Positions 1 to 12,080 of a DNA stretch of 64,000 nt are shown here, piece after piece. The notes below the pieces were generated by a model, which worked only from the letters and a program-made list of their open reading frames with translations, was not told the origin of the DNA and did not search any database. A program made the translations under genes and the position numbers. The DNA is taken from the NCBI GenBank assembly GCA_963795645.1, contig CAWCIK010000009.1, positions 50,125-114,124 on the forward strand. Direction: 5' to 3'. The DNA is from an uncultured Chloroflexia bacterium (GTDB taxonomy: Bacteria > Chloroflexota > Limnocylindria > Limnocylindrales > CSP1-4). Position 1 is the first letter of the stretch; each line of letters opens with the position of its first letter.

Positions 1-1062
1 GAACTTGATCGCATCCTGGCTGCTGCCGTCGCCCACGGATGTGAACGTCGCCAGCCGGCGCATGACGCTGTCCGGCGTGGCGTCACCGAGCACCTGAACC
101 TTGGCCCGCAGTTGGTACCACTCGCCGGGTGCAAGCGCGGGAGTCACGAACGTGCCGGCGACGACGGCGTCGGTTATGTCCTTGTGGCGATGCCAGTAGT
201 GCACCTCGTATCCGGGCGTGCCGGTATCGGCCGCCGCGCAGACGAGCACGCAGTCAGGTGCGTCGGGATCACTGACATTGAGCGCGAAGCTGTCGGGCGC
301 AGGGCCCGTGTTCTGGATCCTGATGCCGAAGCCGGCGGTCGAAGGCGCGGCCACCCTTCTGCTGCGTGCCTGCCCGTCGGCCGTGGTGTTGCGAATGCCG
401 CCGCCGATCCACGAGTTGCGCACGTGGAGCTTCCTGATCCGCGCGTCGAGTGGCAAGCACGCCACCGGGGCGACGTCGTTGAACTGGCAATCGCCGACGC
501 TCGTGCCGTGACACTCCGATCCGGTCGTGTTGCACGAGTTGTTGCCGACGCCCGCGGATTGGTAGCAGACGCTCGCCTTGCCCGTGCATGAGGCGTTTCC
601 GATTGGACCGGTCATGCCGTAGCACGATCCGTCGCCAAGGCACGAGTTGTTTCCGACCCCTTTTTCGCTTGAGTTACATGCCCCCGCACCATGGCATGAG
701 TTGTCGCCGACGCGACCGACGCCGCCCGCGCAGGCGACGTCCCCGCTGTTGCACGAGTTGTCGCCGACGTCGCTGCCCATTCCCTGACAGTCATAGGCGC
801 CGATGCACGAGCCGTCGCCGATGTTGCCCTGGGCGTTGGTGCACGCGTACGCGCCGTTGCACGAGTTCTCGCCGACAGTGCCGACGACGCCGGTGCACGC
901 CTCGGTTCCCTGGCACGACGTGGCCGGAAAGGCCGCCACCGCCGCAGCGGGTGGGGCGAACGGCGCCGCGGGAGCACCCAACACGGTCGCGGCGCCAACG
1001 CTCGAGGCGATGGACGCCAGCAGCAAGCAGATGGTGAACATGCCCGCCAACCGGGCGCTCAT
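1..1062 (-). CDS. Secreted cysteine-rich repeat protein with C-terminal Ig-like domain (3' end runs off window; absent from ORF track)
   Basis: Manual translation of the minus strand from ATG 1062 (alternative TTG 1074) is open to position 1: MSARLAGMFTICLLLASIASSVGAATVLG (signal peptide), eight (V/I)G.NSC-x5/6-C type units, then DARIRKL..WIGGGIRNTT..FGIRIQNTG..DITDAVVAGTFVTPALAPGE. Confidence 0.85.
   Translation of the reverse strand, partial: MSARLAGMFTICLLLASIASSVGAATVLGAPAAPFAPPAAAVAAFPATSCQGTEACTGVVGTVGENSCNGAYACTNAQGNIGDGSCIGAYDCQGMGSDVGDNSCNSGDVACAGGVGRVGDNSCHGAGACNSSEKGVGNNSCLGDGSCYGMTGPIGNASCTGKASVCYQSAGVGNNSCNTTGSECHGTSVGDCQFNDVAPVACLPLDARIRKLHVRNSWIGGGIRNTTADGQARSRRVAAPSTAGFGIRIQNTGPAPDSFALNVSDPDAPDCVLVCAAADTGTPGYEVHYWHRHKDITDAVVAGTFVTPALAPGEWYQLRAKVQVLGDATPDSVMRRLATFTSVGDGSSQDAIKF
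457..918 (-). repeat. Intragenic 18-19 aa tandem repeat, consensus (V/I)G(D/N)NSCxGxxAC
   Basis: SCQGTEAC, SCNGAYAC, SCIGAYDC, SCNSGDVAC, SCHGAGAC, SCLGDGSC, SCTGKASVC, SCNTTGSEC read directly from the sequence. Confidence 0.9.
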
Positions 1063-1200
1063 GAGGTGGCGCAAGGACGACCCCCATGTTCCCGTCCGCG
1101 CAGAGTCGCGGACACTCTTTCGACAGGTTCTCGACCTTAGCATGCTGCGCTTCGGTCGAGAAGGCTGCCGTCCCAAGGATCGTGGCTACAATCGCGAGTA

Positions 1201-2405
1201 ATGAAGCTGCAGGAGTTCCACGCCAAGAGGCTCCTGCTGGCCCAGGGTCTGCCGGTGCCTGAGTACTCGGTCATGGACAACGCCGCCGATGTGCGCACCG
1301 CAGCCGACGATTACCTCGATGCCGGCGACGGCAAGGTGGTCGTCAAGGCGCAGGTCCTGGTCGGCGGGCGCGGCAAGGCCGGCGGTGTCAAGCTCGCATC
1401 CTCTGCCGAGGAAGCGGCCGCCGTGGCGGCGCAGATCCTGGGCATGGACATCAAGGGCACGACCGTGCGGCGCGTTCTCGTTGCACCGGCTGCCGACATA
1501 GTCAGCGAGTACTACCTCGCCTGCGTGCTCGACCGCAGCTCGCGCCGCGTGCTGCTCATGGGCTCGGCCGAGGGCGGCGTCGAGATCGAGGAGGTCGCGG
1601 CGAGCCGGCCCGAGGCGATCGAGTACGTCTACGCGCATCCACTGCTCGGACTGCTCGACTACCAGGCGCGCGAGATGGGCTTCAAGCTCGGCCTCGGCAG
1701 TCATCTGCGTGAGCTCGTCGCGATCGCGAAAGGCCTGTACGCGACGATGATGGCCAACGACGCCGACCTGGTCGAGATCAACCCGCTTGCGATCGTCCGG
1801 TCGACTGCGGCCGACGGAACAGTTTCTGCGACCCTCCAATGCCTCGACGCCAAGATCACGATCGACGATTCGGCGCTCGGCAGGCATCCCGATCTGGAGG
1901 CGATGCGCGACCTCGACGAGGAGGATCCGGTCGACGTTGCGGCGCGCGAGGAGGGCCTGTCGTTCATCAAGCTCGACGGCACGATCGGCTGCATGGTCAA
2001 CGGCGCGGGCCTGGCGATGACGACGATGGACCTGATCAAGCGCGCAGGCGGTGAGCCGGCCAACTTCCTCGACGTCGGCGGCGGTGCCAAGGCCGACAAG
2101 GTCGCCGCGGCGATGCGCCTCATCCTCGCCGACGACAACGTCCGCGCGATCCTGGTCAACATCTTTGGCGGCATCGCCCGCGGCGACGAAGTGGCGCGCG
2201 GTCTGGTCGAGGCACGCTCGATGCAGGAGCGCCACGTGCCCATGGTCGTCCGCATCGTCGGCACGAACGCCGATCTGGCCGCTCAGATTCTGGCCGAAGC
2301 CGGAGATCCCGACGTACAGACGGCCGGCACGCTCGATGAGGCCGTCGAGAAGGCCGTCGCGGCCGCAAGCGGACGCAGGCCGCCGGCGCAGGGGCGTCCG
2401 CGTGA
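1201..2405 (+). CDS. sucC: Succinyl-CoA synthetase beta subunit (3' end disturbed by probable sequencing indel)
   Basis: MKLQEFHAK, KAQVLVGGRGKAGGVK, EINPL, GCMVNGAGLAM, PANFLDVGGGA, ILVNIFGGI motifs; likely true stop TGA 2403-2405 overlapping the sucD GTG. Confidence 0.95.
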
Positions 2406-3293
2406 GCATCCTCGATCAACAGCGACACGCGCCTGCTCGTCCAGGGCATCACCGGGCGTGAAGGCATGTTCCACGCCCAGCAGATGCAGGACTACGGCAC
2501 GAACGTGGTGGCCGGCATGACCCCCGGCAAGGGCGGCCAGACCGTGCTCACGACACCGGTGCCGGTGTTCGACACGTGCGCCGAAGCGGTCGCGCAGACG
2601 GGCGCCAACGCGAGCGTGATCTACGTTCCCGCCGGCGGCGCACCGGACGCGATCCTCGAGGCCGTCGGCGCGGGCATCAAGACCGATCTTCTGCATCACC
2701 GAGCACATCCCGGCACTCGACATGCTCCGTGTCGTCCACGTCGTCGACCAGGCCGGTGCGCGGCTGGTCGGCCCAACTGCCCCGGCGCCACGTCCGTGGG
2801 CCAGGCCAAGGTCGGCATCATCCCGGGCAACATCCACCGCGCAGGTCACGTCGGCGTCGTGTCGTCGCTCCGGCACGCTGACCTACGAGGTCGTCGAAGC
2901 GCTGACAGAAGCCGGCATCGGCCAGTCGACGTGCGTCGGCATCGGCGGCGATCCGATCAACGGGCTCGAACTTCATCGACATCCTGACCCTTTTCCGGGA
3001 CGATCCCGATACGCACGCAGTCGTGCTGATCGGCGAGATCGGCGGCGACGCCGAGGAGCGCGCAGCGGACTGGATCGCGGACAACATGCACGGCGTGCCG
3101 ATGGCGTCGTTCATCGCCGGTCGAACGGCCCCGCCCGGCCGACGAATGGGCCACGCCGGCGCGATCATCTGCGGCGGCCGAGGCACGGCCATGAGCAAGG
3201 TCAGCGCGCTCGAGGCTGCCGGCGTCCACGTGGCACGAAGCGCCCAGCCAGATTCCGCAGCTGCTCATCGCCGCGGGCGTCCAGCCGAGCTAA
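2402..3293 (+). CDS. sucD: Succinyl-CoA synthetase alpha subunit, split by several apparent sequencing frameshifts
   Basis: Pieces in different frames: [66 protein letters not shown]; stop TAA 3291-3293. Confidence 0.9.
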
Positions 3294-3419
3294 GCGCGCG
3301 CGACTCGACCCGCGCCGGATGGCCGGCGCACGAATCCTCAAACACGAGTCGGAGCCCACGCTATCCTCGCGCCGCCCACGGCGCGTACCGCCATAAGCCC
3401 ACAGACAGGAGCAGAAGGC

Positions 3420-4359
3420 ATGTCGCAGTTCACTGGCGGTACCTTCGGAAACTCTTCGAAGTTCATCTTCTTCCTGCTCGGCGCCATCTTCCTGGTGGTC
3501 GGCCTGGGGCTGATCATCGGGCTCGGGAGCCTCCCCTTCGCCGGTGGCGCGATGGTCATGACCGGCGGCATCTTCGTGGTCGTCGCGATCATCCTGATCG
3601 TCGCCGGCTTCTTCATCGGCCGCAGCGCGGCCAGGAGCGACCAGATCCTGCAGACGGGCATCCCGGGCAGCGCCACGATCACCGGCCTGACCCAGACCGG
3701 TGTCTACCTGAACGAGAACCCGCAGATCCAGATGAACCTCCTCGTGCAGCTGCCGGGCGAGGTGCCCTACGCGGCGAACCACAAGGAGTTCGTGCCGTTG
3801 ATGCTGCTCGGGCGCCTGTCGAGCGGAGCGCCGCTGTCGGTCCGCGTCGACCAGTTGGATCGCTCAAAGATCGTTATCGACTGGAGCGGCACGGGTTTCG
3901 CCCCGCCGCAGGCAGCGCCAATGATGGCCGCCTACGCGGCCCAGGCGCCTACCCCACGCGATGTCCACGGCGGGGTCGCAGATGGACGAGAGCCTGGGCC
4001 AGGTCCAGGCCGCGCTGGCGGGATCATCGGGCGGCATGCAGGTCGCCAATCCGTTCTCGAATCCGGGCCAGGCCAACTACACCGTCGAGCAGCTGCGCGC
4101 CTACCTGCGCCAGAACGGCCTGCAGGCCTCGGCCCACGTTGACAAGCTCGAGGACACCGGCCAGATCGTCGGCGATGAGCGCGTCTACAAGATGGAGATG
4201 ACGCTCAACATCCCGGGCCAGGCGGCGCAGAAGCTGCCCGCCTCAGCCGCCATGGTGCCCGTGGCCGTGACGCACAAGCTCTTCCAGGGAATGACCGTCC
4301 CGGTCCGCTACGCAGCCGAGAACCACGACCTGCTCATGGTCGAGTGGGACAAGATCTAG
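3420..4359 (+). CDS. Membrane protein with two TM helices and two similar beta-rich soluble domains (one frameshift near 3955)
   Basis: AGGAG upstream; ORFs 3420-4142 and 3961-4359 join; both halves show G..A.A.(I/V)..L..TG....N/E.....M.L....PG...Y/Q......VP.....L..G....VR pattern. Confidence 0.7.
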
Positions 4360-4855
4360 GCCGACGGCTCGGTGCCTCAGCGGTCTGTGGGGCTCCCCAC
4401 TCGTAGTCGAGCGCCTTCCAGGCCGGGCCGCCTGGCGCTTCGATGAGCTCGACCAGGACGCCGTTGCACGATCGCGGATGAATGAAAGCGACCGGGCCCT
4501 CCGCACCGCGCCGCGGCGCCTTGTCGATCAGCTCGAGACCGTTCGCGGCAAGCCTGTCGAGCTCGGCGGCGACGTCATCCACCTCGAGGCAGACGTGATG
4601 GAAACCCTCCCCGCGCGACTCGAGGAAGCGCGCCACGCCGGTCGACGGATCGGTCGGCTCGACGAGCTCGATGTTCGACTCGCCGACAGGCAGGAAGGCA
4701 ATCCGCACGCCGTCGCTCTCGATCGGCAACAGGACATCAAGCGGCAGCCGGAGCTGATCGCGGTATACCGACAAGGCAGCTTCCATATCGCGCACGACGA
4801 TCGCCACGTGGTGCACTCGAGTCGGTGCCTTGATCAAATCGAACGGCTGTTCCAT
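4334..4855 (-). CDS. mce: Methylmalonyl-CoA epimerase
   Basis: VHHVAIVVRD, IELVEP, RGEGFHHVCLEVDD, VAFIHP..NGVLVELIE; directly downstream of the mutase gene. Confidence 0.92.
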   Translation of the reverse strand: MEQPFDLIKAPTRVHHVAIVVRDMEAALSVYRDQLRLPLDVLLPIESDGVRIAFLPVGESNIELVEPTDPSTGVARFLESRGEGFHHVCLEVDDVAAELDRLAANGLELIDKAPRRGAEGPVAFIHPRSCNGVLVELIEAPGGPAWKALDYEWGAPQTAEAPSRRPRSCPTRP

Positions 4856-4862
4856 ATCGTCC

Positions 4863-6461
<1,599 letters not shown>

Positions 6462-6483
6462 GTCTGATTGAGTCTAGCCGCGC

Positions 6484-6969
6484 CTACTGGCCAACTGTGA
6501 GCAGCTCGTCCTCGCGCTCGACGCGCACGCCGGGCACGACCTTGATGGCTCGCACCGTGCCGGCGTGCGGCGCGCGGATCTCGTTCTCCATCTTCATCGC
6601 CTCGATCGCGAGCAGGCGCTGCCCCTCCTCGACCTGGTCTCCGTCGCTGACCCAGACGCGCGCGATGCGACCCGGGATCTGGGCGCGCAGCTTGACATCG
6701 CCCTTGACCTGGTGCTCGGCTGCGGAACGCAGAGCGCGATCGCGCAGCTCGGCGTGGCTGGCCGACTCGGTCGTTACCTCGAAGCGCCAACCGTCCACCA
6801 CGACCTCGAAGCGACGCCTGCCGCTGGCCCTGTCCTCGACCGTGGCCTTGATGGGCGCGACCAGCTCACCGAAGCGAGCGGGCTCGAAGCGATCCACCTC
6901 CGATGGCGCGGGCTGGAGGACGAGCTGCGCCGACGCGACGCTTATCCGTTCCCGTCTCGCGTTGATCAC
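6484..6969 (-). CDS. Biotin carboxyl carrier protein of acyl-CoA carboxylase
   Basis: IEAMKMENEIRAPHAGTV biotinylation motif. Confidence 0.92.
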   Translation of the reverse strand: MINARRERISVASAQLVLQPAPSEVDRFEPARFGELVAPIKATVEDRASGRRRFEVVVDGWRFEVTTESASHAELRDRALRSAAEHQVKGDVKLRAQIPGRIARVWVSDGDQVEEGQRLLAIEAMKMENEIRAPHAGTVRAIKVVPGVRVEREDELLTVGQ

Positions 6970-8543
6970 TGGTCCCCCTCGACCGCTTCACGGATGCCTG
7001 CCATCCACCACAGGTTCGCGGCGTCGACGGCCGGCCCAGCCGAGGCGCCCGACGGCGTGGGCTCGAGCGTGGAGGTGCGTGCGGAGGCGAGTGCAGCGAG
7101 CTCGGCGGCGCGCAGTGCCGCGGCCGCCACGAGCGGCGCAGGCTGCCACTCTCGTTCCACGAAATCGGTTGAAAGGCCTGCGCCGCTCTCGTCGGTGAAT
7201 TCGTCTCGATCCATAAGCCAGCGATCGAAGGGCAGCGTCGTCTGCACGCCGCCGATCCTCGTCTCGGCCAGGGCGCGCCTCATCCGCTCCAAAGCGGCTG
7301 ATCGATCGCTCGCGACGACCATCAGCTTCGCGAACATCGAGTCGTAGTCGCCAGGAATCGGGCTCCCCTCCTCGATTCCGGCGTCGACCCGGACGCCCGG
7401 TCCGTGGGCGGGTCGCCAGAAGGTGACGGTGCCCGGCGCCGGAGCGAACGAGTAGGCCGGATCCTCGGCGCTGATGCGCACCTCAATGGCGTGTCGCTGC
7501 ACCTCGGAGGCACGTGACGCGGCGGCGAGCACGGGCTCGGAGAGCGGCAGTCCGGCCGCGATCGCTATCTGCTCGCGGACGAGATCGAGATCAGTGACCA
7601 GCTCGGTCACGCCGTGCTCGACCTGGAGGCGCGCATTCACCTCGAGGAACCAGAAGTCGCCCTCCAGCGTGAGCAGGAACTCCGCCGTCGCGGCGTTGCG
7701 CAGGCCCACTGTCGCGGCAACCCTGACGCCCAGGTCGTGCAGACGACGTCTCTGCTCCGTGCTCAGTCCCGGCGCCGGCGCTTCCTCGACGAGCTTCTGG
7801 TGGCGGCGCTGGATGGAGCAGTCACGTTCGCCCAGGGCGACGATCGTTCCCTGGCTGTCGCCGAGCAGCTGCACCTCGACGTGCCGCGCGCGCTCGACAT
7901 AGCGCTCGAGGTACACGCTGCCATCGCCGAAGGCCGCGGCGGCCTCACGACTGGCTCCGTGGACTGCCTCGATCAGGTCTGCGGCAGAGTTCACACGGCG
8001 CATGCCCCGGCCGCCGCCACCAGCCGCGGCCTTGACCAGAACCGGGTATCCGATGCGCTCCGCTTGCGACAGCAGCGGTGCCTCGTCGCGGGCGGTGGCG
8101 AGCTCGATCGGTTCGAAGATGCCCGGCACAACCGGGACTCCGGCTGCCGAGGCGCGCCGACGCGCGGCAAGCTTGTCGCCCAGCTGGTCGAGCGCCTCCC
8201 GCGACGGTCCGATGAACGTGATGCCCGCGGCGGCGCATGCGTCGGCGATCTCCGGCTGCTCCGAAAGAAAGCCGTAGCCGGGGTGGATGGCATCGGCGCC
8301 CGTTGCCACGGCGGCTTCAATGACCTTGTCGATGCGCAGATAGCTCTCGGTAGCAGGTGCCGGCCCGATGTTCACGGCGAGGTCAGCCAGTCTGGCGTGG
8401 AGGGCTCCGGCGTCCACGTCGGAGAAAACGGCGACAGATTCGATGCCCATCTCGCGGCACGCCCTGATGACCCTGACCGCGATCTCGCCGCGGTTCGCGA
8501 CGAGGATTCGGGCGAACAGGGACTTGTCTTTGTGCAAAGACAC
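6966..8543 (-). CDS. accC: Biotin carboxylase subunit (acetyl/propionyl-CoA carboxylase)
   Basis: ILVANRGEIAVR, IHPGYGFLSE, KAAAGGGGRGMR, RDCSIQRRHQK, EVNARLQVEH. Confidence 0.93.
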   Translation of the reverse strand: MSLHKDKSLFARILVANRGEIAVRVIRACREMGIESVAVFSDVDAGALHARLADLAVNIGPAPATESYLRIDKVIEAAVATGADAIHPGYGFLSEQPEIADACAAAGITFIGPSREALDQLGDKLAARRRASAAGVPVVPGIFEPIELATARDEAPLLSQAERIGYPVLVKAAAGGGGRGMRRVNSAADLIEAVHGASREAAAAFGDGSVYLERYVERARHVEVQLLGDSQGTIVALGERDCSIQRRHQKLVEEAPAPGLSTEQRRRLHDLGVRVAATVGLRNAATAEFLLTLEGDFWFLEVNARLQVEHGVTELVTDLDLVREQIAIAAGLPLSEPVLAAASRASEVQRHAIEVRISAEDPAYSFAPAPGTVTFWRPAHGPGVRVDAGIEEGSPIPGDYDSMFAKLMVVASDRSAALERMRRALAETRIGGVQTTLPFDRWLMDRDEFTDESGAGLSTDFVEREWQPAPLVAAAALRAAELAALASARTSTLEPTPSGASAGPAVDAANLWWMAGIREAVEGDQ

Positions 8544-10096
8544 TAGAGCGGGATGTTGCCGTGCTTGCGGGGCAGGTTCTGCTGCCTCTTTCCGGCCAGC
8601 ATCTCCAGCGCCGAGATGACCCGCGCACGAGTCTCCGAAGGAAGGATCACGTCGTCCACGTATCCCCTGCTGGCCGCGATGTACGGGTTCGCGAACGTCT
8701 CTTCGTACTCATGGGCGAGGCGCGCGCGCTCCTGGTCGGCATCCGACGCCTGTGCCAGCTCATCACGGAAGATGATGTTCACCGCACCCTCGACGCCCAT
8801 CACCGCGATGCGCGCAGACGGCCAGGCAAGGTTCACATCGCCGCGAATGTGCTTGCTGCTCATGACGTCGTACGCCCCGCCGTATGCCTTGCGGGTGATC
8901 ACCGTCACCTTGGGCACGGTTGCCTCGGCATAGGCGTAGAGCAGCTTTGCACCGTGACGGATGATCCCGCCGTGCTCCTGGCTCACACCGGGCAGGAAGC
9001 CGGGCACATCGACGAGCGTCAGCAGCGGAACGTTGAACGCGTCGCACGTGCGCACGAAACGCGCTGCCTTGTCTGATGCGTTGATGTCCAGTGCGCCGGC
9101 CAGCACGGCAGGCTGGTGAGCGACGATGCCGACGCTCGTCCCGCCCATGTGGGCGAAGCCGACGATGATGTTCGCGGCCCATTCAGGCTGGATCTCCAGG
9201 AACTCCCCGTCGTCGACGACCCGGTTGATGACGTCGTGCATGTCGTATGGCTGGGTCGGCTCTTCGGGCACGACATGATCGAGCGCTTCGTCGCGCCGAT
9301 CAGCAGGGTCCGTGGTCTCTCGCCGCGCCGGACGCGAGACGTTGTTCTGGGGCAGTTGGGCGAGGACTCTGCGGCATAGCGTCATCGCGTCGGCCTCATC
9401 GTGCGCGGCGAGGTGCGCCACGCCGCTGATCGCCGTGTGGACGCTGGCGCCGCCAAGATGCTCACGGTCGACATCCTCGTGGGTCACCGTTCGGACCACC
9501 TCCGGCCCGGTCACGAACATGTAGCTCGTTCCCTGGACCATGATCGTGAAGTCGGTGATCGCCGGGGAGTAGACGGCACCGCCCGCGCACGGACCCATGA
9601 TCAGTGAGATCTGGGGCACGACCCCGGACGTCAGCGTGTTGCGCAGGAAGATCTCGGCGTAGCCGCCCAGCGAGACCACGCCCTCCTGGATTCGCGCGCC
9701 GCCGGAATCGTTGAGGCCGACGATGGGCGCGCCGACGCGCACCGCAAGATCCATGATCTTGCAGATCTTTTCCGCGTGAGCCTCTGACAGCGACCCGCCG
9801 AAAACCGTGAAGTCCTGGCTGTAGACGAAGACCAGGCGGCCGTCGATCATGCCGTGCCCGGTGACCACCCCGTCGCCCAGGTATCGCTCGCGCTCGAGAC
9901 CGAAATCGGACGCGCGATGCGTGACGAACGCATCGAACTCCACGAAAGAGTCTGGATCAAGCAGGAGCTCGAGCCGCTCGCGCGCTGTCAGCTTGCCGCG
10001 CTCGTGTTGCTGTTCGATGCGTTTCTCGCCGCCGCCAAGCAGGCTCTCGGCGCGCATGCGCTCAAGACGGGCGAGGTCGTCGTCCTTCGCGGTCAC
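8543..10096 (-). CDS. pccB: Acyl-CoA (propionyl-CoA) carboxylase carboxyltransferase beta subunit
   Basis: [60 protein letters not shown]; GTG 10096 has GGAGG upstream. Confidence 0.93.
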   Translation of the reverse strand: MTAKDDDLARLERMRAESLLGGGEKRIEQQHERGKLTARERLELLLDPDSFVEFDAFVTHRASDFGLERERYLGDGVVTGHGMIDGRLVFVYSQDFTVFGGSLSEAHAEKICKIMDLAVRVGAPIVGLNDSGGARIQEGVVSLGGYAEIFLRNTLTSGVVPQISLIMGPCAGGAVYSPAITDFTIMVQGTSYMFVTGPEVVRTVTHEDVDREHLGGASVHTAISGVAHLAAHDEADAMTLCRRVLAQLPQNNVSRPARRETTDPADRRDEALDHVVPEEPTQPYDMHDVINRVVDDGEFLEIQPEWAANIIVGFAHMGGTSVGIVAHQPAVLAGALDINASDKAARFVRTCDAFNVPLLTLVDVPGFLPGVSQEHGGIIRHGAKLLYAYAEATVPKVTVITRKAYGGAYDVMSSKHIRGDVNLAWPSARIAVMGVEGAVNIIFRDELAQASDADQERARLAHEYEETFANPYIAASRGYVDDVILPSETRARVISALEMLAGKRQQNLPRKHGNIPL

Positions 10097-10160
10097 GGAG
10101 CAGGAGCCCTCCAAGAAAATGCTGAAAACACGTGGGCTGCGTCTATCGTAGCAACGCGCG

Positions 10161-10203
10161 CTGTCCACAGAATCGGTGAACAACTTCGCTCTTCTGTGGA
10201 TAA
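10161..10203. promoter_or_regulatory. Cluster of DnaA boxes upstream of parA
   Basis: TGTGGATAA 10195-10203 is the exact reverse complement of TTATCCACA; CTGTCCACA 10161-10169 and GGTGAACAA 10175-10183 are degenerate copies. Confidence 0.65.
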
Positions 10204-10293
10204 CCGGACTGTGGTTCGAGGTCCGTTCTTGCTAGATTGGTCGCTGCGCGGGCAGGTCACGGTTCGTCGGGCCCCGAGTCAAGGAGGAGGTCG

Positions 10294-11064
10294 TTGCCAA
10301 AGATCATCGCCGTTGCCAACCAAAAAGGCGGCGTCGGCAAGACGACAACGGCGATCAACCTCGCCGGCTCGTTGGCGGAGCAGGGCTACCGCGTGCTATG
10401 CGTGGACATGGATCCGCAGGCCAACCTTTCTGTCGGCCTGGGCATCAATCTGCGCAACGTAACCGCGACGATCGCAGACGCACTCGTCGACTCGAACACC
10501 ACTCTCGACGACATCATCGTTTCGACGCAGACATCGGGCATCGACGTCGCCCCGTCCACGATCGACCTTTCGGCCACGGAGAACGTCCTGTTCAGCTCCA
10601 TCGGCCGGGAGCAGGCGCTGCGCGACGTGCTCAGCGGCCCGGCCGCGGATCACTACGACTACATCCTCATCGATTGCCCGCCAACGCTCGGCCTGTTGAC
10701 GCTCAACGCACTGGTCGCATCTGATGGTGTGATCATTCCCGTTCAGACTCAGTACTACGCCCTCAAGGGCTTCACGGCGCTGATGAACGTCATCACCCAG
10801 ATCCGAACGAAAGGGCTCAATCCTCGACTGCGCGTGCTGGGGCTGCTTGCCACTTTCTACGACGGGCGCACGATCCTCGGCCGCGACATGCTCCAGGAGA
10901 TGCATGACCTGGGCGATCACCACATCTTCGAGAACATGATCCGCCAGACAGTGCGCCTCGGCGAGGCGCCGCTTGTCGGACGACCAGTGACCTCGTACGC
11001 GAGCAACACCGAGGCGGCCCGTGCTTACCGCGGGCTGGCACGGGAGGTGATCGAGCTTGGCTAG
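10294..11064 (+). CDS. parA: Chromosome partitioning ATPase ParA/Soj
   Basis: IIAVANQKGGVGKTTT, VDMDPQAN, YILIDCPPTLG; TTG 10294 preceded by AGGAGGAGG. Confidence 0.95.
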   Translation: MPKIIAVANQKGGVGKTTTAINLAGSLAEQGYRVLCVDMDPQANLSVGLGINLRNVTATIADALVDSNTTLDDIIVSTQTSGIDVAPSTIDLSATENVLFSSIGREQALRDVLSGPAADHYDYILIDCPPTLGLLTLNALVASDGVIIPVQTQYYALKGFTALMNVITQIRTKGLNPRLRVLGLLATFYDGRTILGRDMLQEMHDLGDHHIFENMIRQTVRLGEAPLVGRPVTSYASNTEAARAYRGLAREVIELG

Positions 11065-12064
11065 ACCAGATTTCCGCGGAACTGCGGCACGCCGACTTGC
11101 CGAAGAGCGCGAGCTCTCGCCTGCCATCCTGAGTCTGCTTACCCCGGACTCCAGCGATCGACCGTCTGGTGTGCGCAACATTCTGCTCGACCACATCACG
11201 CCCAACCCCGAGCAGCCGCGCATGACCTTCGATGAGGACGCCCTCTCCGAGCTGTCGGCATCGATTCGCGAGCACGGCGTGCTGCAGCCGGTCCTGGTCC
11301 GTCCGACCGGCGAGCTCCATCGCTTCCAGCTCGTGGCCGGTGAGCGGCGCTGGCGGGCCGCTCGTGCCGCCGGGCTGACGGAGATACCGGCACTCATCGA
11401 GGAGCTCGACGACGAAACTGCGCTCGAGATCGGGATCATCGAGAACCTCCAGCGCGAGGACCTCTCCCCTCTCGAGGAGGCGATGATCTACGACCGGATG
11501 ACCCACGACCACGGCTATAGCGTGCGCAAGCTCGCCCAGAAGCTGGGCAAGGACAAGGGCTACATCGAGAACCGACTTCGCCTTGCCGGAGCACCGACCG
11601 AGATCAAGCAGCTCGTGTCTTTGCGCAAAGACACGCTGTCGCACGCATACGAGCTGCTCAAAATCGAAGACCCGAAGAAGCGCCGACGGCTTGCAGAACA
11701 GGTCGCCAGCGGCGAGCTCAGCCTGGTCAAGCTGCGCGAGAAGATCGAGGGCAAGCCCGCGGCGCCCGTCGCGCCGTTGCGCGCCGCCCCAGCTCCGACC
11801 GAGGAGTCCCAAACTGTCGACGAAGACGCCTCCGTGGCGCCCCGAGTCAGAGACAGCGCACCGTCCGACGACTCTCTCGTCGCCGCGAAGCAGAGCTTTT
11901 CAGACGCTCTCGACAGCCTGGCCGACGCCCTCGGGTCGACGGAGACTCTCGGCGAGATCGGCGAGATCGATCGGGCCAATCTGGCCAAGTACCTGACCAT
12001 CGTCAAGCTGCGCATCGAGAACGCCATCACCGTTGTTCGCAGCGGACGACCGCTCGAGCACTAG
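11057..12064 (+). CDS. parB: ParB/Spo0J partition protein
   Basis: PNPEQPR..F, SIREHGVLQPVLVR, VAGERRWRAA, IENLQREDLSPLEEA, followed by an HTH. Confidence 0.93.
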   Translation: MARPDFRGTAARRLAEERELSPAILSLLTPDSSDRPSGVRNILLDHITPNPEQPRMTFDEDALSELSASIREHGVLQPVLVRPTGELHRFQLVAGERRWRAARAAGLTEIPALIEELDDETALEIGIIENLQREDLSPLEEAMIYDRMTHDHGYSVRKLAQKLGKDKGYIENRLRLAGAPTEIKQLVSLRKDTLSHAYELLKIEDPKKRRRLAEQVASGELSLVKLREKIEGKPAAPVAPLRAAPAPTEESQTVDEDASVAPRVRDSAPSDDSLVAAKQSFSDALDSLADALGSTETLGEIGEIDRANLAKYLTIVKLRIENAITVVRSGRPLEH

Positions 12065-12080
12065 CGACAGCGGGGCCGCG

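Noticed and set aside
2400-3293. sucD (also dnaG, rpoD, rsgA) as pseudogenes or programmed frameshifts
   Set aside because: Indels are numerous, scattered, lack slippery-site context and hit essential genes; low-coverage long-read error is the simpler explanation.
3300-3352. Nested hairpin after sucD as a structured RNA
   Set aside because: Short GC-rich stems are expected by chance; no U-tract or known motif.
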